DNA from: a virus
Taxonomy: Duplodnaviria; Caudoviricetes
Virus record (IMG/VR): IMGVR_UViG_3300025608_000006
Length of the DNA stretch: 64,000 bases
Strand: one strand, 5' to 3'
Shown: piece after piece, positions 56,551 through 64,000 of the stretch
How the letters are laid out: each line of letters starts with the position of its first letter
How positions within the stretch are numbered: the stretch's first letter is position 1
Translations under genes and position numbers: made by a program
The notes under the pieces: generated by a model
Told to the model about the DNA's origin: nothing
What the model saw: the letters and a program-made list of their open reading frames with translations, nothing else
Databases searched by the model: none

Positions 56551-57084
56551 GTGCAGATCAGAGCGGGCAGTCTACTCATAGCACATCCAGCTCATGCTAG
56601 AGCACACCGTGCCAACAGCGTGGTGCTCATCACTGAAAGCAACAACTACAGCACCCTGGGTCTAACACTCAATGCACTCAGCAGCTATGATCTAGCTGAA
56701 CTGATGGCTCAGCATGACATAGACTGGCAGGGTGCTGATAGACTGTATGTGGGCGGCAACTACAACAGCACAGCACTGGTGATGCTGCACTCAGACGAAT
56801 GGTACAGTTCAAACACCATGAATATTGATGGTAGATTCAGCATAAGTTCAGATAGACTGATGATGGAAAAGCTGGAGATGGGCAACACACCTGATTGGTA
56901 TCAGATGTTTATCGGCTGTGAAGCATGGGATGCAGATGATCTAGAACATCAGTTGCGCAGCGCCAAACCCAAATGGTTGTTGTTGAGCCGACCCAGTCAA
57001 GCACTGATAGAACTAGCAGACGAACATCTTTGGCAGAGTGCTGTTGAGGAATACAGCCAGGATGTGTTCTCCAACTATATTTGA
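56551..57084 (+). CDS. YqgE/AlgH (DUF179) family protein
   Basis: GSLLIAHP, SVVLI, LGLTLN, YVGG, MFIGCEAW...LEHQL. Confidence 0.7.
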   Translation: MQIRAGSLLIAHPAHARAHRANSVVLITESNNYSTLGLTLNALSSYDLAELMAQHDIDWQGADRLYVGGNYNSTALVMLHSDEWYSSNTMNIDGRFSISSDRLMMEKLEMGNTPDWYQMFIGCEAWDADDLEHQLRSAKPKWLLLSRPSQALIELADEHLWQSAVEEYSQDVFSNYI

Positions 57085-57112
57085 TATATAATTATATAAC
57101 AAGGAGAAGTAA

Positions 57113-57442
57113 ATGCTTAGATCAGTATCAGCGTTTGCTATATGGATCTCACTACTTGCTCCAACAGCAAATGCACAACAAACAAAACAATTTATAACAG
57201 CACAGCCCTGTGACAACGTGATCATCATAACAGATAAAATAGTGTCTGAGTATGGTGAAGAGCCACTATTTCAAAGCACAGGCAATCAACTGAGTGCAAG
57301 AGATGGCAACTGGTACAGCAGCAGTATGATGTACTTTGTTAATCAAGACAGCGGCACTTGGAGTTTGGTTAGCTTATACCCAGATGGTACAGCTTGCATG
57401 GTAGCAGCAGGCACTGACTTTGAACCGTTTGTAGGCTATTGA
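57113..57442 (+). CDS. hypothetical secreted/periplasmic protein
   Basis: Signal-peptide-like N-terminus (LLAPTANA/QQ); two Cys. Confidence 0.6.
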   Translation: MLRSVSAFAIWISLLAPTANAQQTKQFITAQPCDNVIIITDKIVSEYGEEPLFQSTGNQLSARDGNWYSSSMMYFVNQDSGTWSLVSLYPDGTACMVAAGTDFEPFVGY

Positions 57443-57467
57443 CAAAGCATAAGTATTGTTGTATAAT
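57439..57467 (+). promoter_or_regulatory. sigma70-type promoter
   Basis: TTGACA-17 nt-TATAAT. Confidence 0.7.
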
Positions 57468-57495
57468 GCTAAAGATATAACAAGAGGATAACCAC

Positions 57496-58005
57496 GTGGG
57501 ACAAGTCCTACTATTAAATGCAGACGCTCAACCAGTATCATACCTTCCGCTAAGTGCTATACAGTGGAAAGAAGCTATCACCTACATGTGGCTTGACAAA
57601 GTCACAGTACTGGAATGGTATGATGATTGGATGGTGCGTAGTTCTACATGGGAAACTCGAGTGCCCAGTGTTATTATGCTCAAAGAAATGCAGCGGCGAC
57701 GGCGTAAACCGAGATTCTCCAAACACAATCTTTATATTCGCGACCTCTACACTTGCCAGTACTGCAACACTCCCTATTCCAAATCTAATCTAACACTTGA
57801 CCATGTTGTGCCTATATCAAAAGGCGGCAAGACATCATGGACCAATATTGTTGCGGCATGTGGCCCGTGCAATGGACGCAAAGGCAATAAAGCGCACATG
57901 AAGCCAATCAAAACTCCATATGCGCCTGACTATTATGATTTGGTCAACAAACGCAAACAACTAGATATGAGTATTGCACATCCTAGTTGGACAGCTTATT
58001 TGTAG
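57496..58005 (+). CDS. HNH endonuclease (McrA-like)
   Basis: VLLLNAD, RDLYTCQYC, TLDHVVPISKGG...WTNIVAACGPCNGRKG. Confidence 0.9.
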   Translation: MGQVLLLNADAQPVSYLPLSAIQWKEAITYMWLDKVTVLEWYDDWMVRSSTWETRVPSVIMLKEMQRRRRKPRFSKHNLYIRDLYTCQYCNTPYSKSNLTLDHVVPISKGGKTSWTNIVAACGPCNGRKGNKAHMKPIKTPYAPDYYDLVNKRKQLDMSIAHPSWTAYL

Positions 58006-58565
58006 TCATTAGCTAATAGATTAAGATCTTCTATACCGTACATGTACAATGCATATCGAGTTGATTCTTGATTTTCAACACTATGTATAGTAGATACACT
58101 TAATTGATGCCACATATCTTCTTCTAGATAATGACTTTCAACTTCGTCTAGATACGAGTAAGGTATTCCTGTATTAAAAGGAAATTCAACATGCTTGTAC
58201 TCGTCTTTTAATTTATACCATACATTTTTAATATTGTCTCCTCCTGATTTTAATACATATAGTATTATTGGAGAAGTTCTCATACTGGGGTCGTCTACGT
58301 GCGGAAAAAATCGATTCGACCCAGTAATTGCTTGTAGTATATAACCTACACTGCTATTTTTGGGAATATTATAAAAGTTATTAATCTTTAATACAGTATC
58401 AGAAGGTAATGCCCAAGTATTAAATGATGAAGATTCTTTATTATCATCGACGCCAAAAACAATTCTTTCAACATTGTTTTTTAAACATGTTTCTCCGTAT
58501 TGAATACATTCTTCTTTTAAATTATCAGGCAATGGCCTAAGGTTATCAAATTTTTTATAATTCAT
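57996..58565 (-). CDS. 2OG-Fe(II) oxygenase-like protein
   Basis: FFPHVD (HxD), distal IHSVEN and RYAL. Confidence 0.55.
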   Translation of the reverse strand: MNYKKFDNLRPLPDNLKEECIQYGETCLKNNVERIVFGVDDNKESSSFNTWALPSDTVLKINNFYNIPKNSSVGYILQAITGSNRFFPHVDDPSMRTSPIILYVLKSGGDNIKNVWYKLKDEYKHVEFPFNTGIPYSYLDEVESHYLEEDMWHQLSVSTIHSVENQESTRYALYMYGIEDLNLLANDYK

Positions 58566-58572
58566 TTTTAAT

Positions 58573-59220
58573 TTACCAATCTGTTAAAGCAAAACGTTTC
58601 CATATTGATGAAGTGCCGTTGTAATCAGCTGTACAATAATATAGATAGTTTTCGTCTATTGCAATGTCACCCTTTATATCATCTTCTGTACCAACAGGTG
58701 AAGCAATTGTATTAGGAGGTATGTTTGGCTTTGTTAAATAAGCCCTATTGTCTTCTAGTGCAAACGGAAGATGAGAAGAGATATTTTCGTCATCATAAAC
58801 ACAAGATTTGAATATTAATGCTTCTTTATTAGTAGCAGGATTTATTGCAACCGAAATCTTAAAAGGTTGAGTATTATCTTTTATCTTTGAGTCAAACCCT
58901 AACCAATCTTGTATAGTTGATCTCTTTAGCAATGCTTGACTTTTTGCTATAATTAAGTCTGCATTTAGTGCTGAAGTTTGTGTATTTTCACTAATAATAT
59001 TAGTTGATTTAATTAATTCTAAAATGCTGTGTCCGTCGATGGTGATATCATCGCTGACAATATTATTAGCTGTTAGTGTAGTTGTTGATATATCAATAGA
59101 TTCTAAAGTAGCAGTATTAGATGTAATAAAAATAGAATTTTCAAGTTCGCTAACAACAATGTTAGAAACTCCAATTAATTCTCTTCCATCTCTTAATATA
59201 ATTTTATTGTTCAATGACAT
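58573..59220 (-). CDS. hypothetical virion-type protein
   Basis: C-terminal GTEDDIKGDIAIDENYLYYCT...WKR repeat typical of tail-associated proteins. Confidence 0.5.
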   Translation of the reverse strand: MSLNNKIILRDGRELIGVSNIVVSELENSIFITSNTATLESIDISTTTLTANNIVSDDITIDGHSILELIKSTNIISENTQTSALNADLIIAKSQALLKRSTIQDWLGFDSKIKDNTQPFKISVAINPATNKEALIFKSCVYDDENISSHLPFALEDNRAYLTKPNIPPNTIASPVGTEDDIKGDIAIDENYLYYCTADYNGTSSIWKRFALTDW

Positions 59221-60148
59221 TTTGTATTTTTATTGTTTTTCTAACTAAGTTCTCGTGAATTAGTTTGGCTAGTTTTGTTCTAGAACCTAAGTCTATATGA
59301 AATTGGCTGAACCCCCATTTGTGATTAGCATCAATAAAAACAGGCTCGTTTAATTTAATTACATCAATATCTGATTTATAGTGATGTCTAAACTTGTTCA
59401 TAATGATATTACTCAATCTTTCAGCATATTTGTGATCAGTAGGATCTGATATTACTTTTGTTTGTCTATAGAACATCAAGTTGTCTGGACCAACTTTAAT
59501 ATTTTTAATAGTATGATCTTTTGAAATAACAAAATCAGATAGATGTGTCTTGACTAATATTACTCTATCTTGAAAAATTTCGTAGATGTCTCGTGCAAAG
59601 TCTACCATAAGATCAAAAGACCATTCAAGCGATTCTTTAGTATCAAATGGCAACTGGTACTGATCTTTAGAAATGTATTCCTTCCAAAGCCAATTTAATG
59701 GATTTTTAGGATCTCCTAGTTTACTAAATTGAGGCACACACGTAAAACATTCTTTACCTTTAATAAACTTTGTATATAGCTCTGGGCTGAAACTGATTAA
59801 TATATAGTCATTGGGTCCTGCATTTTTTCTATAGAAATCTAACCAAGGAAATTTTACAATTTCGTCATACAATGTTTTGTTTAATATAACGTCTCTAGAT
59901 TTCCCTGTGGCTAATGTTTCTAATACACGTTGGGCGATGTCGCCTGGTTCTGAATATAGTGAAATAACACTTGTTCCAGCGTTTGGCACACTGTGTTTTG
60001 ATAAATCAAGTTGTTTATTATCAATTTCATTAGGATTCTCGGCTGCATAGTCAATAATATCAAAGTCTTTTTTCAAAACATCAATCATCATATCCTGTAG
60101 ATCGCAACCGCCATATAAAAATACTCTAGGTTTAGTTATCTCGTTCAT
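59204..60148 (-). CDS. hypothetical protein
   Basis: 314 aa AT-rich ORF; YGGCDL, HKWGFSQFH. Confidence 0.6.
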   Translation of the reverse strand: MNEITKPRVFLYGGCDLQDMMIDVLKKDFDIIDYAAENPNEIDNKQLDLSKHSVPNAGTSVISLYSEPGDIAQRVLETLATGKSRDVILNKTLYDEIVKFPWLDFYRKNAGPNDYILISFSPELYTKFIKGKECFTCVPQFSKLGDPKNPLNWLWKEYISKDQYQLPFDTKESLEWSFDLMVDFARDIYEIFQDRVILVKTHLSDFVISKDHTIKNIKVGPDNLMFYRQTKVISDPTDHKYAERLSNIIMNKFRHHYKSDIDVIKLNEPVFIDANHKWGFSQFHIDLGSRTKLAKLIHENLVRKTIKIQNVIEQ

Positions 60149-60217
60149 TAAAATATTTATTAAACCTCTTTTTCAGTTAAGTGTAAATTGATTATTTTTC
60201 CTTGTAACTACTAATAA

Positions 60218-61189
60218 TCAAACTCGACCATTTTTATAATCTTTGAGGCTAAAGTTTGTACCCAACATATAATCAGTACTAGCAGATTTATCGTTACTCC
60301 AAACCAATACTTCTGGATCTTCATACAAGAAGTCACAGTTTTTACAATAATCAATACTGTCAAAGTCACCCATCTCATGTGCTTTGCGTAGTTTGTTGTA
60401 TTCCTCGCCATGCCATATTTCTTCTAGGGTTTGGTTCTGTGCATGACCCAGCACACTTTTACTTTCGTTGGGCGGTCCCATTGTTTGACAGCAAGGAGTA
60501 ACTGCACCTTTCAGTCCGTTGACGCCTCCACTACGTATGGTTATCTCAGGAGCAAAGGGTCTGCCACAAGTTCTACGTTTGCTGGCATCTCTTACATAGT
60601 CTGGGTCGTAGTTTCCGCTCCAATTGTGCATTTTCCATATGTAGCCTATTGATCCAGTTGGTCCAATAAAGTTATTTCTGTACTGTTCTACTTCGTAGTC
60701 AATTTGGTTGTTGTCCAATATCAAGTGATAGCTGCTTATTAGGCAATTGCTATTGGATTTTTTGATATATTCCTTGGCTTTGACAACATTGGTCTTGAGC
60801 AAATCAAAGTTGTCAACAGCCATCCATTCTTTGTACTTGTCTTTGTTATAACCAATACAACTAAATCTAGCAAAGCTTAATCCTGCATCCACACAGTCTT
60901 GCATAAAGTGACCACTAAAGAAACTGCCGTTGCTGTACATAAAGCTAGGCAAGCCACGTTTAGTACATGCTTCGATATAACGAGGTAGATCCTTTGCCAT
61001 AGTAGGCTCGCCTGAACCTTCTAAGTTGATTACAGGAGTGCCAGGAAGTTGATCTAGTATGTTCTCAAACATATCAAACGGCATCTTTCGTGTCCAGTCT
61101 TTGCCTCTGCCAGTTGTTTGTGGACACATCTGACACTTGTAATTACAGCCACCAAACACTTCAACTACTGCTCTTTCTAGATTTTCCAT
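60218..61189 (-). CDS. radical SAM/SPASM domain protein
   Basis: CNYKCQMC (CxxxCxxC), GSGEP; SPASM C...PCC...CxxC; likely start MENLER at 61189. Confidence 0.88.
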   Translation of the reverse strand: MENLERAVVEVFGGCNYKCQMCPQTTGRGKDWTRKMPFDMFENILDQLPGTPVINLEGSGEPTMAKDLPRYIEACTKRGLPSFMYSNGSFFSGHFMQDCVDAGLSFARFSCIGYNKDKYKEWMAVDNFDLLKTNVVKAKEYIKKSNSNCLISSYHLILDNNQIDYEVEQYRNNFIGPTGSIGYIWKMHNWSGNYDPDYVRDASKRRTCGRPFAPEITIRSGGVNGLKGAVTPCCQTMGPPNESKSVLGHAQNQTLEEIWHGEEYNKLRKAHEMGDFDSIDYCKNCDFLYEDPEVLVWSNDKSASTDYMLGTNFSLKDYKNGRV

Positions 61190-61190
61190 A

Positions 61191-62027
61191 TTATAACCGT
61201 CCTTTTTGATGCCCAACTGATAAATGTTCGTCTGTATAGTTATTTCCACTTAAAATTAAAAGAGATGCCTTTATTTGGTCTTTTAACGAAGGACTTTCGT
61301 GCTTGAAGTGAACAATTGTAGATGCGTCGTCTTGCTGTGATACTTGCCAGTTTGAAAAATGTTTTAGTTCGAAATTTGAAAATATTTTATAATTAGAATT
61401 AGAAAGTCTAGCTTTGTATTGATTGTGTGAATTGATCATTGCTTGGGGCAGCGCATCCACGCCCGGCATGCGCAAAATATGAGGAATAAGTGTTCCGTGA
61501 TCAGGCACTAGGGCTGTGTGGTACTCTTTATTCATAAAAAACTCATTGATATTAATTTTCTTCATTTTTTTTAAAAACCTAAATTTTATTCCACTGGTAT
61601 TAAAATAAAATGTTTTAACTGGACCTTGATGGAAAAGATCTAAAATAACTTGCCTAGTACCACCTGGATGCACCACATTTTTCGCCCATCTAGGGTTGTA
61701 ATGAGAGCAGATTGGATCTTTGAATGATTTAGATTTTAGATAAGCATCTAATAAGTAGCAGGCTTTGCTTACCAATTCAATATGAAGCATAGAACCCGAA
61801 TTAACCTCAATAGCTTCGATATCGAATTTGTATCCATCTTCGGTTATAAACTTTTTTAGAAGAGGCTCAAAATTTTCAGAGCCTGCCAAGTGTAACAGTT
61901 CACTATCAATATTGCCAATCCATAAACTCTCATTGAAGTGTGCCCAATGTTTACTTGCTAGTTTTAAACGTTCTGATGAACTAATTTGTAGTTCATCAAG
62001 ATAAAATGGCCTGTCTATTTTAACCAT
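61191..62027 (-). CDS. hypothetical protein
   Basis: 278 aa AT-rich ORF; VVHPGGTR. Confidence 0.55.
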   Translation of the reverse strand: MVKIDRPFYLDELQISSSERLKLASKHWAHFNESLWIGNIDSELLHLAGSENFEPLLKKFITEDGYKFDIEAIEVNSGSMLHIELVSKACYLLDAYLKSKSFKDPICSHYNPRWAKNVVHPGGTRQVILDLFHQGPVKTFYFNTSGIKFRFLKKMKKININEFFMNKEYHTALVPDHGTLIPHILRMPGVDALPQAMINSHNQYKARLSNSNYKIFSNFELKHFSNWQVSQQDDASTIVHFKHESPSLKDQIKASLLILSGNNYTDEHLSVGHQKGRL

Positions 62028-62428
62028 GCAATACGCTTGCCGTCTCGAACACGGCGCTCCTGTTCTTCAACTGATCCTGGATAACGCCATGCCCATATTG
62101 CAACAAGCGCCATAAATCCACCACTCCATAACACAGCTTTGACATTGCCTGTGCTAAACCAAAGGAATGCAAGTGAACTACTCATTACAGCAACCATTGC
62201 ATATTTTCCCCAAGTAGGAAATACTTTCTTTTCTACCCAGTTGGTTAAAAACGGACCAAAGTATTTGTGATTATACAACCATGCATGCATCCTTGGTGAA
62301 CTCTTGGCAAAACAATATGCTGCGAATACCAGGAATATTGAAAACGGAATGCCTGGAACAATCACGCCAATGTATGCCATGCCAAGTGATAGGAAGCCAA
62401 GAGCCATCCATAAGTATTTTTTAATCAT
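62015..62428 (-). CDS. YbaN (DUF454) family membrane protein
   Basis: [37 protein letters not shown]...FGPFLTNW. Confidence 0.85.
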   Translation of the reverse strand: MIKKYLWMALGFLSLGMAYIGVIVPGIPFSIFLVFAAYCFAKSSPRMHAWLYNHKYFGPFLTNWVEKKVFPTWGKYAMVAVMSSSLAFLWFSTGNVKAVLWSGGFMALVAIWAWRYPGSVEEQERRVRDGKRIAWLK

Positions 62429-63608
62429 TTAGTATCTCTTTCAGTGCTTTTATTAGATCCTCAATCATACCGTCAGTATGATACGGCGTGGGAGCAAAGC
62501 GTAATCTCTCTGTGCCTTCGGGTACCGTAGGATAATTAATGCTTTGTACATATATCCCATAGTCGTTAATAAGTGCATCACTTACAGCTTTACACTTTAT
62601 AGCATCACCTATAAACAATGGAACGATGTGTGTTGTGCTGCAATCCATAGGCTGTAAACCAGCAGCGATTAATTCTTGTTTGAGCTTTTGAGCACGTTCT
62701 TGATGCTGTTGTCTAAGCTCATTATGATCTCGCAAGTATTTGACACTTGCAAGAGCACCAGCAGCCATTACTGGACTCATACTGGTTGTAAAAATAAAGC
62801 CCGAAGCAACAGAGCGGATTGCATCTATGATGTCAGCGTCCGCTGCTATATATCCGCCCTGCACTCCGAAGGCTTTGCCTAGCGTACCGTTTACGATATC
62901 CACATTATCCTGCAGGTTTAGTTTCTGTAAATAGCCTGCTCCCTGTTCTCCGTATAATCCTACGGCGTGAACTTCATCAATGTATGTAATCGCCCCATAC
63001 TTGGTCGCTAGGTTGCAAATGTCGAGGATAGGTGATACGTCTCCATCCATGCTATACACAGACTCGAACACAATACATGGTGTTCCGTTGACAGCTTTCA
63101 ACTTATCCTCAAGGTCACTCATATCATTGTGCTTCCATATGACCTTGTCAGCACCACTGTGTCGTATTCCTTGGATCAAACTTGCGTGATTCTTATCATC
63201 GCTTACGAACACAATGTCGGGAATGATTTGTTTTAGAGCAACCAAACTCCATTCATTTGCAACATACGCTGACGAGTACAGTAGCGCACTACCCTTGCTA
63301 TGCAGGGACGCTAATTCTCCTTCCAGCGCAACATGATAGTGTGATGTTCCGCCAATGTTTCGGGTGCCACCACTGCCAGCGCCAGTCTGATCCAATGCAG
63401 TATGCATTGCATCTATGACAATTTTGTTCTGGCCCATTCCGAGGTAATCATTTGAGCACCAGTTTACAATCTCTTTGATTGAATACTTTCCGTACCAAAT
63501 AGCTTTAGGAAACTTTCCGCGCTCTCTGAGTATATCATTGAACACACGGTACTTGCCTTCCTGTTTCAGCTGTGCAAGTTTTTGTTGGAATGGTTTTTTA
63601 TCTATCAT
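62421..63608 (-). CDS. hemA: 5-aminolevulinate synthase (Shemin pathway)
   Basis: [72 protein letters not shown]. Confidence 0.92.
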   Translation of the reverse strand: MIDKKPFQQKLAQLKQEGKYRVFNDILRERGKFPKAIWYGKYSIKEIVNWCSNDYLGMGQNKIVIDAMHTALDQTGAGSGGTRNIGGTSHYHVALEGELASLHSKGSALLYSSAYVANEWSLVALKQIIPDIVFVSDDKNHASLIQGIRHSGADKVIWKHNDMSDLEDKLKAVNGTPCIVFESVYSMDGDVSPILDICNLATKYGAITYIDEVHAVGLYGEQGAGYLQKLNLQDNVDIVNGTLGKAFGVQGGYIAADADIIDAIRSVASGFIFTTSMSPVMAAGALASVKYLRDHNELRQQHQERAQKLKQELIAAGLQPMDCSTTHIVPLFIGDAIKCKAVSDALINDYGIYVQSINYPTVPEGTERLRFAPTPYHTDGMIEDLIKALKEILND

Positions 63609-63645
63609 GCGTATATTTAACTAAATATTGTATAGGAGAACACAG

Positions 63646-63948
63646 ATGCGAGCAACAGATATAGTTAGACAGGTATTAGACCTACTAGATCAAGTAGAAG
63701 GCCAACATGATATACAGCCTGGAGTTATTCCTGATGACACTTGCGGAGCAGAACAAGGCGAACCGATAGCTGGACGTTTCAAACAAATCTTTGCAATGCT
63801 AGATGCACCTAGCACTAGTCCACTTGCTAATTCACCTAATGAAGTAGTTGCAGGCGTAGATGCTGTTACCACACTAGCAGGCGGCGGAGTAAACGGTCCT
63901 AAAGATCCTGCAGACATTAGAGTAAAAGATCCAAGAGGATTTGAATAA
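63646..63948 (+). CDS. hypothetical late protein
   Basis: TAAATA box and AGGAG RBS; MRATDIVRQVLDLLD...NGPKDPADIR. Confidence 0.6.
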   Translation: MRATDIVRQVLDLLDQVEGQHDIQPGVIPDDTCGAEQGEPIAGRFKQIFAMLDAPSTSPLANSPNEVVAGVDAVTTLAGGGVNGPKDPADIRVKDPRGFE

Positions 63949-64000
63949 TGCCAGACATCACACTCAACTATAGAGGACTCACAGGCAAGCGTGGAACAGT
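63948..64000 (+). CDS. partial CDS (5' end)
   Basis: TAATG coupling; MPDITLNYRGLTGKRGT runs off the window. Confidence 0.45.
   Translation, partial: MPDITLNYRGLTGKRGT

Noticed and set aside
58573-59220. Diversity-generating retroelement target (Mtd-like motif)
   Set aside because: No reverse transcriptase and no template/variable repeat pair seen in the window.
1-64000. Stop-codon reassignment
   Set aside because: Core genes are intact in the standard code, TAG/TGA/TAA all end genes at sensible positions, and no suppressor tRNA is present.

Overview
This window is a fragment of a large lytic T4-like (myovirus-type) tailed phage genome. The host is probably an alphaproteobacterium, because the phage carries a Shemin-pathway 5-aminolevulinate synthase. 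Layout: 1-17.5 kb holds neck, tail and packaging genes (gp15/gp14/gp13-like, tail sheath, tail tube, gp4, large terminase) behind ATAAATA late promoters. 17.6-41.4 kb holds replication and recombination genes (gp32, UvsX, UvsY, UvsW, gp62-like, a very short DnaE-like polymerase core, primase, DnaB-like helicase), interrupted by a glycan-modification island and kdsA/kdsB, def and a carbamoyltransferase. 42.2-54 kb is a minus-strand array of small early genes plus three tRNAs; 24 of these genes sit behind a copy of one promoter-leader module (TTGACA-N16/17-TATA(C/G)T...AGGGCA...ATG), and non-coding, origin- or terminus-like DNA flanks the array. 54.7-64 kb holds accessory genes (nucleases, YqgE, radical SAM, YbaN, hemA). 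The most striking unexplained signal is a set of intergenic hairpins at 43.87-44.12 kb and 46.2 kb. Their loops (UGCCCU(C) on the transcribed strand) are the exact complement of the non-canonical AGGGCA box in the early-gene ribosome-binding regions, which suggests an RNA-based regulon. Gene identities come from motif recognition only; no searches were run.
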